Position numbers and translations under genes: made by a program. A stretch of 26,357 nucleotides of DNA from a virus. Lineage: Duplodnaviria > Heunggongvirae > Uroviricota > Caudoviricetes. The DNA is taken from IMG/VR virus record IMGVR_UViG_2645727948_000026, positions 1-26,357 of that record; one strand, written 5' to 3'. How positions within the stretch are numbered: the first letter of the stretch is position 1; every line of letters starts with the position of its first letter. Below the pieces are notes generated by a model that saw only the letters and a program-made list of their open reading frames with translations, was not told where the DNA came from and did not search any database. This document shows positions 13,017-22,654 of the stretch, piece by piece.

Positions 13017-14767
13017 CAGAACTCCATAACCGTGAAACGCTCGTTTTCTCCTTCGCCGCCAATTGGTTCGTTAATGACAGCAAGCATGGTTGCCCACGCA
13101 AGGTCGCCGTGGCTGATCCCCCTCGCGCGGTCCGTTTCGTAAGTGATAAAGCCGCCCGGTGTTTTCACCTTACGCACGGCGTTAAAGGCTGCGACCAGCT
13201 CGCGTTCGGCGCGATCGTATTCCCACCGCCCGGCACGCATTATTTGCAGCATTTTCAGTACCAGCGACCGTTTTGATGACAGCGTGAAGGTGTACGGAAT
13301 AGCAGCAGGGAAAAACCGTTTCACTATCTGATAAACAGCCTCCCCGTTCCCGCCTGTCACATCAATGCCGATGTGTTCCACGTTGTAGCGACACGTGAAC
13401 TCTTCAATGACTCTGGCCTGTTCTTCAAACTCCAGCCCCTGAACGCGTCGCGTCTCCACCGTTCGAAAACGGCCGCCAGGAACAGCCGGAGGAACCACCA
13501 CGGACACAGCGCCGCTGTCGCCGTTTCCACTGCTGCCGTTTGCGTCATACCCAATCCATACCGGACGATTCCCCATCGGGCGGGGAGCAAAAGGTTTCCA
13601 GTCTTTCCAGTCGTCGTATCCGTCAACACCACAGCCAATCAGGATATTCAGGTTAAATGCCGATTCCCCTTCGCGGACAAACTCACACATATAGAGATTG
13701 AGGAACTCGTCTTCGGTGTTTTCATCACGAATTTCATCAATATCGGTGTGTTTCCAGCCGTGATTAACCACATCTTCCAGCGTGACAATTTGCCGCCACG
13801 TCCGGTCAGGGCAGATAAGCCCGTTATGCAGCGTTTTCCAGTCCACAGAAAAACGCTGGCGTTTATGCGAGGCCTTTTTCTCGTTCCAGCGGTCGCCGTT
13901 CCAGTAGGCGTATGCCTCGTGCGTTTCGGTGGATGGCGTGGAGAAGTAGGTGCGCCGCAGTCCGCTGAGGGTTGCCATAGCGCCAGCCACCTTGCGCAGT
14001 TCAGCAAAGCGACTGACCCAGAAAAATTCATCAAAATAAAAATTGCCCGTGTAGGACTGTGCCGTCGCAGCAGAAGTACCAAGAAAATGCAGCTCTGCGC
14101 CGTTGGAGAGGATGATTTTATCGCCCCCTTTCAGCTCCACATCAACTTCAGATGCAGCCTCCTGAATAATGCTTTTAAACTGGAACGCCTGACGACGCGA
14201 CGCAGACAAAAAAATCTGGTTACGCTGGTAAGGTTGCGCCACATCGTCACGCAGCGCCATCAGCAGTGCTTCCTGAGCAAAATACCAGGTCGCCCCAATC
14301 TGTCGGGATTTCAGGACCATCCTGTTACGTATCCCGGCTTCCCTGCAAAGGGTCAGGGAGTCAAACCAGCCCCGCTGATGCCACTCCAGCCTGCTGATGA
14401 TTTTTTCCCGCAGTGCGGCAATCTGTTCCGGCGTGAAATGATTTTTGAGTTTTTTCGCCCGGCCTTTCTTTCCTGCGGCCATCACATCCGGCTGGCCATC
14501 ATGCAGCTTTTTAAGCTGCCGGGTCAGCAGGTCTATTTCCTTGAAGTCACCACCTGTTTTATTCTGTTTTTCAGTAAGCTGGATGAGGCGCGCATCGATG
14601 GACTGCGTGACACGCTGCACGGGTGGCGTTTCATCCCACTGGTCGCGTTTTTTCCACGCATAAATCGTGTTCGGGTTTATTCCCATCAGACGTGATATTT
14701 CTGCGGGCGGATAACCCTGCCAGTAAAGTTGCCGCGCACGCTGGCGCACAAAAGCGTCCTGAATCAT
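13016..14767 (-). CDS. P: Terminase large (ATPase) subunit, P2 gpP-like
   Basis: ORF track (583 aa); N-terminal ARQLYWQGY...IYAWKKRDQWD matches recalled gpP. Confidence 0.9.
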   Translation of the reverse strand: MIQDAFVRQRARQLYWQGYPPAEISRLMGINPNTIYAWKKRDQWDETPPVQRVTQSIDARLIQLTEKQNKTGGDFKEIDLLTRQLKKLHDGQPDVMAAGKKGRAKKLKNHFTPEQIAALREKIISRLEWHQRGWFDSLTLCREAGIRNRMVLKSRQIGATWYFAQEALLMALRDDVAQPYQRNQIFLSASRRQAFQFKSIIQEAASEVDVELKGGDKIILSNGAELHFLGTSAATAQSYTGNFYFDEFFWVSRFAELRKVAGAMATLSGLRRTYFSTPSTETHEAYAYWNGDRWNEKKASHKRQRFSVDWKTLHNGLICPDRTWRQIVTLEDVVNHGWKHTDIDEIRDENTEDEFLNLYMCEFVREGESAFNLNILIGCGVDGYDDWKDWKPFAPRPMGNRPVWIGYDANGSSGNGDSGAVSVVVPPAVPGGRFRTVETRRVQGLEFEEQARVIEEFTCRYNVEHIGIDVTGGNGEAVYQIVKRFFPAAIPYTFTLSSKRSLVLKMLQIMRAGRWEYDRAERELVAAFNAVRKVKTPGGFITYETDRARGISHGDLAWATMLAVINEPIGGEGENERFTVMEF

Positions 14768-14921
14768 TGCTCCCCCTGAGTAATTACAGGAAGATTACCC
14801 GCGCGCGAAACCGTTCTCCTTAACCCCCTGTTCTGACTGTTTTCTTACAACAAAAGCCCTTTGTATCAGCCTGTTACGCTTTGCCATCATGACTGAAGAA
14901 CCAGTCAGAGGGGCAAAAACT
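14768..14921. promoter_or_regulatory. Divergent late-promoter region (P- and O-operon promoters expected)
   Basis: Intergenic region between divergent P and O. No exact TGT-N12-ACA Ogr/Delta site was found by eye, so this is a positional call. Confidence 0.35.
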
Positions 14922-15758
14922 ATGACTAATGAAAAAAAGACATCCCGCAAAAAGTTTCGCGTGGCTGTCTCCGGTGTGACGGCAGACGGGCGCGAAATCA
15001 ACGGCGACATGCTGAAAGCTGCCGCCACCAGTTATAACCCGTCCGTTTATGGTGCACGTGTGAATATTGAGCACATCCTGTCACCACTCCCCGGTAGCGA
15101 GTTTTCCGCTATGGGCGATGTTGTGGGGTTGAGCACCGAAGACATAACCGATGGCCCGCTGGCAGGCCGCACGGCACTGTATGCCGAAATTGAGCCGACC
15201 GCTCGCATGATGTCCCTGCTTAACGATGGTAAAAAAATTTACTCCAGTATTGAGCTGGAACCACAGTCAACCATCACGGGAGGCCCTTACCTGCGCGGGC
15301 TGGCAATGACCGACACCCCCGCCAGCCTGGGCACGGAACGTCTGGCCTTTGCGGCACAACAACGTATGCAACTGATGACATTCAACTGTCAGCAGGGAGA
15401 CGTGGCGATGTTCACCGCCGCTATGGAGTCAGAACTTATCGAACTCACCGAACAACGTCAGGAAGAAGGCACCCAGTGGTTTAACCGCGTTATGGGGATT
15501 ATTGGCCGTGGCCGCAAAGCGGATGACGCCAGTTTCTCCCGTATTCAGGAAGCGGTGGAAGGTGTCGCAACGTCACAGGCCGATATTATCGACCGCTTTA
15601 ATGCACTGGAAACCCGCCATCAGCAGGACAGCCAGAAAATCACTTCGCTGACCACAGAGCTGACAGCACTGAAGGAAAAGCTGCGCACGCAGGACGGCGA
15701 TCCGCAGAACCGGTTCACCGCAACGGGCGCAGCCTCCGACCAGCTGGCTGACTTCTGA
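14922..15758 (+). CDS. O: Capsid scaffolding protein, P2 gpO-like
   Basis: ORF track 14889..15758; ATG 14922 preferred (GAGGGG RBS; N-terminus KKFRVAVSGVTADGR aligns with recalled gpO start). Confidence 0.85.
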   Translation: MTNEKKTSRKKFRVAVSGVTADGREINGDMLKAAATSYNPSVYGARVNIEHILSPLPGSEFSAMGDVVGLSTEDITDGPLAGRTALYAEIEPTARMMSLLNDGKKIYSSIELEPQSTITGGPYLRGLAMTDTPASLGTERLAFAAQQRMQLMTFNCQQGDVAMFTAAMESELIELTEQRQEEGTQWFNRVMGIIGRGRKADDASFSRIQEAVEGVATSQADIIDRFNALETRHQQDSQKITSLTTELTALKEKLRTQDGDPQNRFTATGAASDQLADF

Positions 15759-15781
15759 TAAGACAAAGGAGCAAATTTTTT

Positions 15782-16834
15782 ATGAATCTGGTGATGTCAG
15801 ATAATGCCCGTAACAAGCTGGGCTGCTACATGACGCGACAGGCGTCGATTAACAATATCCCGGTTTCTGGGCTGGTATCGCGATTTACCGTGGAACCCTC
15901 GGTGCAGCAGCGTTTTGAAAACGCCTCAAAGGATAGCACCGAACTTACAAAAAAAATTAACGTGATCGGTGTGACCGACCAGAAAGGCGAAAAAGTCCTC
16001 ATGGACACCACCGGGCCGATTGCGCGCACAAATACCAGTTATGACGGCACAGATCGCCGCAACCCGATTAACGCTGTCGACCTGAAGTCCCGTCAGTACC
16101 AGTGTGAGCAGGTGAACTACGACACGTTTATTTCGTATCCGCAGCTTGATGCCTGGGCGGCGCACAATGACTTCCAGACCCGCATCAGCGCACAGATTGC
16201 CCGACAGGTGGCGCTTGACCGCATCATGATCGGCTTTAACGGCACGTCACACGCGGAAAAATCCAACTTCAGCACCAACAAGCTGCTTCAGGACGTTAAC
16301 GTGGGGTGGCTGGAGCACATCAGAACCAATGCCAGCGCGCGCGTAATGAATGACGTGACGCTGACCTCCCGCAACATGGACAACACCGTGGCGCACGCGG
16401 GTGAGTATGCGAACGCTGATGCACTGGTTCAGGACGCACGCTCATCCCTGCTGGATGAATGGCACAAGGAAGCTGACGACCTCGTGGTGATTATGGGGCG
16501 CAACCTGTTTAACTCGCTGCGTCTGCCCGTGCTGAACAGCATCAGCGGCCAGAATCCCAATGCGGAATTACTCGCCGGACAGCTCATCCTGTCATCGCGC
16601 ACCATTGGCGGGCTGGGTGTGTTCCTTGCGCCGTTCTTCCCGGATGCAACGATGCTGATCACCTCGTTCAACAACCTGTCGATTTACTGGCAGAATGGTT
16701 CAATGCGTCGTCTGATGAAAGACGAACCGGAATACAACCGCATCGCCACCTACCAGTCCATCAATGACGCTTATGTCGTTGAAGACTATGGCAAGTGCGC
16801 GATGGTCACTGGCCTGAAGTTCGCCGACAGCTAA
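15782..16834 (+). CDS. N: Major capsid protein, P2 gpN-like
   Basis: ORF track (350 aa); size and position between O and M. Confidence 0.85.
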   Translation: MNLVMSDNARNKLGCYMTRQASINNIPVSGLVSRFTVEPSVQQRFENASKDSTELTKKINVIGVTDQKGEKVLMDTTGPIARTNTSYDGTDRRNPINAVDLKSRQYQCEQVNYDTFISYPQLDAWAAHNDFQTRISAQIARQVALDRIMIGFNGTSHAEKSNFSTNKLLQDVNVGWLEHIRTNASARVMNDVTLTSRNMDNTVAHAGEYANADALVQDARSSLLDEWHKEADDLVVIMGRNLFNSLRLPVLNSISGQNPNAELLAGQLILSSRTIGGLGVFLAPFFPDATMLITSFNNLSIYWQNGSMRRLMKDEPEYNRIATYQSINDAYVVEDYGKCAMVTGLKFADS

Positions 16835-16844
16835 TCAACTCACA

Positions 16845-16861
16845 GCGGGCATCATGCCCGC
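16845..16861 (+). other. Stem-loop between N and M (no U-run)
   Basis: GCGGGCA-TCA-TGCCCGC; possible processing or stability element. Confidence 0.3.
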
Positions 16862-16879
16862 CTGTAACGGAGAGAAAAA

Positions 16880-17680
16880 ATGATTACTCCTGCACAGCAA
16901 CACTGGCAGAACGTGATGGCACAGCGCGCAGGCCGGGCGAACGAAGGCGTGGACCACGCCGCGCGTACCGCGCATGAAGAGGTGCTGTATCGTCTGCGTC
17001 TGGCACAGGCCCGGCTTAAGGGCGTACAGGCCAGAAGCGCGAAAGCCGCCATCAAAAAAGAGTTGTTGCCGGACTTTTCCGGCTGGATTGAGGGAACGCT
17101 GGAGGCTGACGGCGGGCAGCAGGATGAAGTGATTGCCACGCTGATGGTGTGGGCGATTGACTGCGGCGATCTTCCGCTGGCGTTGCGTATTGGTGCGTAT
17201 GTGGTCCGTCATAACCTCATTATGCCGGATAACTTTGGCCGTACTGCTGCCACAGTGCTGACCGAAGAAATCTGCAACCCGGTACTGACGCAGGCCGGGA
17301 CGGATGCCGACGCGGATTTGTCCGCCTTTATCGAACCACTGGATACCCTCCGGGAGATTGTCACCGACCAGGACATGCCGGACGAAGTGCGCGCCAAATT
17401 ATGCAAGGCGTGCGCCTTTGCCCGTCGTGGCCTGAGTGATGCGGACAGCATGGCCCTGTCACTGAAGCTGCTGCGCGAAGCAATGCACCTGAACCCGAAT
17501 GCAGGTGTGAAACGCGAGATTGCAACCCTTTCCCGCGCCCTGAAAAAAGCCGATTCCGCAGCCGAACCAGAAGACGCCAGCGCACAGCAGGCGCAGGACG
17601 AAAGCAGCAAAAGTAAAAAGACAACGCGGAAGCCTGCAACACGAAAAACCACCGCGACGCAGAAGGCGAAGCGCGGTTAA
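16880..17680 (+). CDS. M: Terminase small (endonuclease) subunit, P2 gpM-like
   Basis: ORF track (266 aa); MPDEVRAKL block and basic C-terminal tail as in gpM. Confidence 0.85.
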   Translation: MITPAQQHWQNVMAQRAGRANEGVDHAARTAHEEVLYRLRLAQARLKGVQARSAKAAIKKELLPDFSGWIEGTLEADGGQQDEVIATLMVWAIDCGDLPLALRIGAYVVRHNLIMPDNFGRTAATVLTEEICNPVLTQAGTDADADLSAFIEPLDTLREIVTDQDMPDEVRAKLCKACAFARRGLSDADSMALSLKLLREAMHLNPNAGVKREIATLSRALKKADSAAEPEDASAQQAQDESSKSKKTTRKPATRKTTATQKAKRG

Positions 17681-17697
17681 CGACTGACCCCGTCAGC

Positions 17698-17768
17698 GGG
17701 CGGCGTGCGCGGTGTTCCGGTTTGACTCCGTGACCGTTTACACCGCGCACCCACCGCCCGATTTTTTT
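17698..17768 (+). terminator. Long imperfect hairpin plus T7 run between M and L (attenuator or terminator)
   Basis: GGGCGGCGTGCGCGGTG (17698-17714) pairs with CACCGCGCAC-CCACCGCCC (17741-17759); followed by TTTTTTT (17762-17768). Confidence 0.5.
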
Positions 17769-17782
17769 CAGGAGTGAACCCC

Positions 17783-18277
17783 ATGAGTATGGTTGCCAGA
17801 ACCAACCCCGGCCCCGCAGAGGACGACATCACCGATACCGATGATGGTGATACCCGTATTTCAGCGGGTGCATTCTGGCCGGATATTGTGCTGCGTGAGC
17901 TGCGTCTGGCGGTACGACTGCCGGGCCGTGTGACCACCTCCCGTCTGCTGCATACCGCCACCGGGGCTGTGGCACATGTTACCCGCGAGCTGGAAGCATG
18001 GCAGCAGGAACAGCAGGCGGCTGGCCATCAGACGCTGGCCGATGTTCCGGCACCCGTAATTAACGGAGAAAGTGTCAATCTCTGGCACTGGCGCAATGCG
18101 GTTTACACCGCCACACGCGCCCTGATTCTGGAGCGTTACCGCGATGCGGACACAACGGACAAGGGCGACCGCCGGGCGGACGCACTGGATATACAGACAT
18201 CGGATTTGTGGCGTGATGTGAGCTGGGCCATCTCTGACATTCTGTGCCGTCCGCGAATCTTTGCGGAGTTGTGCTGA
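17783..18277 (+). CDS. L: Head completion protein, P2 gpL-like
   Basis: ORF track 17774..18277 (GTG); ATG 17783 with GGAG RBS preferred. C-terminal ERYR...DLWRDV...RPR matches gpL. Confidence 0.8.
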   Translation: MSMVARTNPGPAEDDITDTDDGDTRISAGAFWPDIVLRELRLAVRLPGRVTTSRLLHTATGAVAHVTRELEAWQQEQQAAGHQTLADVPAPVINGESVNLWHWRNAVYTATRALILERYRDADTTDKGDRRADALDIQTSDLWRDVSWAISDILCRPRIFAELC

Positions 18278-18477
18278 TGAAAGTAAAGGCACTGGAAGGC
18301 GACACCGTGGATTCGCTCTGTTTCCGGTACTACGGCACTACGCAGGGCGTCACCGAAAAGGTGCTGGATGCCAACCCCGGACTCTGTCAGCAGGTATTTC
18401 TGGACGCCGGGCAGGAAGTGGAGATGCCGGAGCCGGAGAAGAAGAAACGAGAAATGATTCCGTTGTGGGGGGAGTAG
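18277..18477 (+). CDS. X: Tail protein X, P2 gpX-like (66 aa)
   Basis: ORF track 18244..18477 trimmed to MKVKALEGDTVDSLCFRYYG (TGATG overlap with the L stop); resembles recalled gpX. Confidence 0.75.
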   Translation: MKVKALEGDTVDSLCFRYYGTTQGVTEKVLDANPGLCQQVFLDAGQEVEMPEPEKKKREMIPLWGE

Positions 18478-18479
18478 CA

Positions 18480-18803
18480 GTGAGCACCATTCAAACAGGG
18501 ATCACAGAGCAGGTTATTGCATGGCTCTTTGACCACCTGCCAACGGTGTATGCAGTAGGCGCGGCGGTCAGCATTTCCGCGCTGATGAGTCTTTATGACG
18601 GACGAACACTGGTTCAGACCGTAACGGGATCGCTGGCGTGCGGCGTTCTTGCCATGGCCGTGGCCGGGTCGTTGCGCTTCTTCGGTTTTCCTGAAGATGC
18701 CGTGACGTTTATCGGCGCATCAATCGGTTTTATGGGGGCAGAGAAAGCACGCGACAAGGTTATTGCGGCCTTTAATCGCAGGGTGAAGGAGAAGGACGAA
18801 TGA
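18480..18803 (+). CDS. Holin (about 107 aa, three predicted TM segments)
   Basis: Part of ORF track 18261..18803; GTG start after GGGGGGAG. Hydrophobic segments and position upstream of the endolysin. Confidence 0.6.
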   Translation: MSTIQTGITEQVIAWLFDHLPTVYAVGAAVSISALMSLYDGRTLVQTVTGSLACGVLAMAVAGSLRFFGFPEDAVTFIGASIGFMGAEKARDKVIAAFNRRVKEKDE

Positions 18804-19192
18804 GCAACACATTTAAATTCAGCAGCCGGAGCGAAAAGAATTTGCAGGGCGTAAATCCTGATCTGGTGAAAGTGACCCGACGGGCACTGGAAATCTCGGA
18901 AGTGGATTTTGGTATCACCGAAGGGTTGCGCAGCCGTTACCGCCAGAAGCAACTGGTGGCCACGGGTAAGAGCCAGACCATGAACAGCCGCCACCTTACG
19001 GGGCATGCCGTGGATGTTGTGGCTTATATCGGCAGCCAGGTGTCATGGGAATGGTCGCTGTACGAAAAAATCGCAGCAGCATTCAGACAGGCCAGCCGGG
19101 AACTGAATATTCCGGTGGAATGGGGCGGCGACTGGAAGACCCTGAAAGACGGACCGCATTTTCAGTTACCACACGGAGCCTATCCGGCATGA
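18800..19192 (+). CDS. Endolysin, peptidase M15-type (L-alanyl-D-glutamate peptidase-like)
   Basis: ORF track (130 aa); SRHLTGHAVD and C-terminal PHFQLPHG zinc-ligand motifs. Confidence 0.7.
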   Translation: MSNTFKFSSRSEKNLQGVNPDLVKVTRRALEISEVDFGITEGLRSRYRQKQLVATGKSQTMNSRHLTGHAVDVVAYIGSQVSWEWSLYEKIAAAFRQASRELNIPVEWGGDWKTLKDGPHFQLPHGAYPA

Positions 19193-19596
19193 AGCTCTGG
19201 CCCACGCTGGGTGTCGCTTTCCTTCTGATTGCCGCATGGGGAACATCCATACGTCTGTCGTGGTCGCTGGGCCGGGAGAACGCCAGAAACGAAGCGCAGG
19301 CCAGCACCCTGAAAAGTACCGTCGACACCCTGAATATCATCAGCACCGGGGTACAGGATATGCAGCAGGTGCTGGCGCAACTCCGCGTGGAAAATCAGCA
19401 ACGCAATCAGGACGGAGAAGCCAGACGTGAACAGCTACGCAACGATATTGCAAAAGATGAATGCGCCCACGCTTTGTCTGATGCTCGTTTTACTGACAGG
19501 TTGCGCAGGCACGCAGAACGCGCCACGGCCAGCGCCGTCAGTCCGGCTTATACCGCAGACGCTGACCATACCGGTAACGCCTCCCCCCTTCCCTGA
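19189..19596 (+). CDS. i-spanin (Rz/LysB-like)
   Basis: ORF track 19045..19596 trimmed to MKLWPTLGVAFLLIAAWG (N-terminal TM, then coiled-coil region); ATGA overlap with the endolysin stop. Confidence 0.65.
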   Translation: MKLWPTLGVAFLLIAAWGTSIRLSWSLGRENARNEAQASTLKSTVDTLNIISTGVQDMQQVLAQLRVENQQRNQDGEARREQLRNDIAKDECAHALSDARFTDRLRRHAERATASAVSPAYTADADHTGNASPLP

Positions 19597-19747
19597 CACT
19601 CCCACATGGGGAAATCTCGGTATATGGGGCGACCGCCTTCTGGATGCACTGGAAACCTGTAACGCGGATAAACGGGCCATTGAATTACTGGAACAGCGCA
19701 GACTGCAACGACTGAACAACGAGGACAACAACCATGCTGAAAACTGA
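19457..19747 (+). CDS. o-spanin lipoprotein (Rz1/LysC-like), overlapping the i-spanin in another frame
   Basis: ORF track 19427..19747; ATG 19457 gives MNAPTLCLMLVLLTGC lipobox and a proline-rich mature region. Confidence 0.6.
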   Translation: MNAPTLCLMLVLLTGCAGTQNAPRPAPSVRLIPQTLTIPVTPPPFPDTPTWGNLGIWGDRLLDALETCNADKRAIELLEQRRLQRLNNEDNNHAEN

Positions 19748-20201
19748 TTCCCTGCGTGAAGCCATGACCCGTTCATGCCGATGGTGTCAGGCCAACCCGG
19801 AAAAATTCACCATTTTCGTGGAGAGCGGCAACATTGAAACGACCGGAGAAACGCCCTCGTTTGTTTACCGCTATCAGATGGTGATGTTTGTCATGGATTA
19901 CGCCGGGGAGCTGGACGACCTCACGCTGCCGCTACTGGCGTGGTTATCCGAAAATCAGCCACAGTTGTTGCTCAATCCGGAGCGTAATCAGGACATCAAA
20001 TTCTCCGCCGTTATCAATGACGATGACAGCGCCGATCTCCTGTTTACGCTCCCCCTGCGGGAACGCGTTCGCATTACGCGCAGCAGTCAGGGGACACCGC
20101 AGGCAGAGCACCTGCCGGAGCCAAAACCCCGTCTGCCATCTTCCGAAGGCGACTGGTCGCATATATTCCAGGATGTGACGTGGGGTGAAAGCGATGGATA
20201 A
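19734..20201 (+). CDS. R: Tail completion protein, P2 gpR-like
   Basis: ORF track (155 aa, same length as P2 R); position after the lysis genes. Confidence 0.75.
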   Translation: MLKTDSLREAMTRSCRWCQANPEKFTIFVESGNIETTGETPSFVYRYQMVMFVMDYAGELDDLTLPLLAWLSENQPQLLLNPERNQDIKFSAVINDDDSADLLFTLPLRERVRITRSSQGTPQAEHLPEPKPRLPSSEGDWSHIFQDVTWGESDG

Positions 20202-20829
20202 GGCATTCACCCGTGTGGATGAAACCTTTGAGGCCATCCGCGACAGCCTGAATCAGCAGGCCATCAATAACATCGCCAGAAAGCTGGCACAGGATTTACG
20301 CCGCGCCCAGCAGGCGCGCATCCGGTCACAGAAAGCGCCGGACGGGACCGCATGGACACCACGCAGACGCCGCGTAACCCGGATACAGGAGCGCATTCGC
20401 TTTATCTGGAATAACGAAGCACGCACGCTGAAAAACTGGCATCACGACACGGGGAAATACGGGCGAACCATTACCGGGTGGGATGAGGATAAAAACAATA
20501 TCCGCACGTTTTACCGGGATGACATCGACCGTTTTCTGGAAATACGCACCCGGCGCATCAACCAGGACAGCACAAAGCGCGTCCCCATGTTCGTAAAACT
20601 GCGCACCGCCCGCTACCTGAAAGCCCGTGCAGATGCTTCCGGTGTGACGGTGGGTTACAGCGGCGTGGCCGCACGTATTGCACGCGTTCATCAGTTCGGT
20701 GAGCGCGATCAGGTTGCGCCGGGCATTTTCACCGATTACCCGGTACGTGAGCTGCTGGGTATCAGCCAGGCAGATGAGCGCCTGATTTATAACACGGTGC
20801 TGGGCCGGATTGCGGAGGCTGTACGGTGA
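20194..20829 (+). CDS. S: Tail completion / virion morphogenesis protein, P2 gpS-like (longer than P2 S)
   Basis: ORF track 20185..20829 (GTG); ATG at 20194. Called by position between R and V. Confidence 0.6.
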   Translation: MDKAFTRVDETFEAIRDSLNQQAINNIARKLAQDLRRAQQARIRSQKAPDGTAWTPRRRRVTRIQERIRFIWNNEARTLKNWHHDTGKYGRTITGWDEDKNNIRTFYRDDIDRFLEIRTRRINQDSTKRVPMFVKLRTARYLKARADASGVTVGYSGVAARIARVHQFGERDQVAPGIFTDYPVRELLGISQADERLIYNTVLGRIAEAVR

Positions 20830-21407
20830 GCGCAGAACTCATGCGACTGCTGAGCAACATCATCCGTACCGGGATCATCTCTGAAGTTGATGAGGAATCC
20901 TGGTGCGTGCGCGTTCGCAGCGGCGAACTGGAAACAGGCTGGCTGCGCTGGAACACCACGCGCGCGGGAGCCTTCAATGTGTGGCTGCCGCCATCACCAG
21001 GCGAACAGGTGGTAATTGCCTGCATTGGCGGCAACCCGGAAACCGCCATGATAATTGGCAGCCTGTGGAGTGATGCCAGTCCGGCCCCCGGCAAAAGCCT
21101 GAAAGAAATCGTGATCAGCGCGCCGGATGGCGCGGTGTTCCGCTACGACACGGACGCAGGCGCACTGAGCGCCAGCGGCATGAAAACAGCCACCCTGCAG
21201 GCATCCGTCAGCGTGACACTGGATACGCCCGTCGTGGAATGCACAGACCTTCTGAGAACAGCGACGCTTGACGTCACAAAAGGGGGAAAGATGAGCGGCA
21301 ATATCACGCACAGCGGCGGCGATTTCACCTCAAACGGCATCACAGTGCATACGCATAAGCACGGTGGCGTTAAAGGTGGCAGCGATTCGACAGGAGGCCC
21401 GCAGTGA
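20826..21407 (+). CDS. V: Baseplate spike, P2 gpV-like
   Basis: ORF track (193 aa), GTG start overlapping the S stop. NIIRTGII and C-terminal HTHKH..GG blocks match recalled gpV. Confidence 0.85.
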   Translation: MSAELMRLLSNIIRTGIISEVDEESWCVRVRSGELETGWLRWNTTRAGAFNVWLPPSPGEQVVIACIGGNPETAMIIGSLWSDASPAPGKSLKEIVISAPDGAVFRYDTDAGALSASGMKTATLQASVSVTLDTPVVECTDLLRTATLDVTKGGKMSGNITHSGGDFTSNGITVHTHKHGGVKGGSDSTGGPQ

Positions 21408-21754
21408 CAACCCGCTACACAGGAATGAATCCGGACGGGACGGGAAACCTGAACGATATGGAGCACCTGAAACAGTCAGTCAGGGACATCCTGATCACCC
21501 CGCTGGCAAGCCGGGTTATGCGACGGGAATATGGCAGCCTTGTGCCTGATTTGATTGACGAACCCATGAATAACACAACTCGTCTGCAATGCATGAGTGC
21601 TGCCGTGATTGCGCTGACACGATGGGAACCCCGCATTGCCCTGGACGCCATCGACGTTGTCTGGAAAGCGGGAGGCCGCGCCGGGGTGACGCTGTCGGGC
21701 ACTGTCATGCAGACCATGCAGAATGTTGAGTTAACCATCACGCTGAAGGAGTAA
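21404..21754 (+). CDS. W: Baseplate wedge protein, P2 gpW / gp25-like
   Basis: ORF track (116 aa); MTTRYTGMN...SRVMRREYGS closely matches recalled gpW; GGAGG RBS. Confidence 0.9.
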   Translation: MTTRYTGMNPDGTGNLNDMEHLKQSVRDILITPLASRVMRREYGSLVPDLIDEPMNNTTRLQCMSAAVIALTRWEPRIALDAIDVVWKAGGRAGVTLSGTVMQTMQNVELTITLKE

Positions 21755-21757
21755 ATC

Positions 21758-22654
21758 ATGCCCGCCGTTGACCTTTCCCAGTTACCGGAACCCGCCATCA
21801 TCGCGGAGCCTGACTTTGAGGCAATTCTGGCTGACACAAAGGCCATGATGATTGCGGCTTATCCCGCCGAACAGCGTGAAGCCGTCTCCGCCGCGCTGGA
21901 GCTGGAATCGGAACCCCTGAACGTTATCGCCCAGACAACAGCGTTTCGTGAAATGCTGTTACGCCAGCGGGTCAATGAGGGGGCACACGCCTGCATGTTA
22001 AGCCACAGCGCCGGGACAGACCTGGACAACCTCGCGGGCAATATGAACACAAAGCGCCTGACCATCACTCCGGCAACGGATACCACCGACGCAGTGATGG
22101 AAAGTGACACCTCGCTGAGACTGCGGGCACAGCGGGCGTACGATGGCCTGAGTGTTGCTGGCCCGTCAGGTGCATACGAGTATTTTGCCCGCAGCGCCAG
22201 CGGTCTGGTGCGTGATGCGCGGGCTATCAGTCCGTCTCCGGCAAATGTGACGGTTTCCATCCTGTCCACTGAAGGCGACGGCACAGCAACGGAGGCGTTG
22301 CTTAATACCGTTCGCGCCGTTCTGAATGCAGAGGATACCCGCCCGGTGGCCGACCGCCTGACCGTACAGAGCGCCAGAATCGTGACATGGCGGCTGAATG
22401 CAAAACTGTACTTTTACCCCGGCCCGGAATCCGAACCTATTCTGGCCGCGGCTGAATCGTCGTTCAGGAAGTGGCTGGCTGAGCAGGGGCTTATCGGTCA
22501 GGACGTGGCGTTGTCCGCCATTGCTGCCGCACTGCATGTGCACGGTGTGCAACGCGTGGAGATAATCGAACCCACACAGAATATGACCATCAGCGACATA
22601 CAGGCGGCGCGCTGTGAGTCATTCACCATCAGCGAAGGTGGACGCAATGAGTAA
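21758..22654 (+). CDS. J: Baseplate protein, P2 gpJ-like
   Basis: ORF track (298 aa); size and position. Confidence 0.8.
   Translation: MPAVDLSQLPEPAIIAEPDFEAILADTKAMMIAAYPAEQREAVSAALELESEPLNVIAQTTAFREMLLRQRVNEGAHACMLSHSAGTDLDNLAGNMNTKRLTITPATDTTDAVMESDTSLRLRAQRAYDGLSVAGPSGAYEYFARSASGLVRDARAISPSPANVTVSILSTEGDGTATEALLNTVRAVLNAEDTRPVADRLTVQSARIVTWRLNAKLYFYPGPESEPILAAAESSFRKWLAEQGLIGQDVALSAIAAALHVHGVQRVEIIEPTQNMTISDIQAARCESFTISEGGRNE

Noticed and set aside
13373-14695. 440-aa plus-strand ORF
   Set aside because: Entirely antisense to the terminase large-subunit gene P, which has strong homology support; shadow ORF.
14768-14921. Exact Ogr/Delta activator site (TGT-N12-ACA) upstream of the late operons
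   Set aside because: No exact match in either orientation by manual scan; only the positional promoter-region call is kept.
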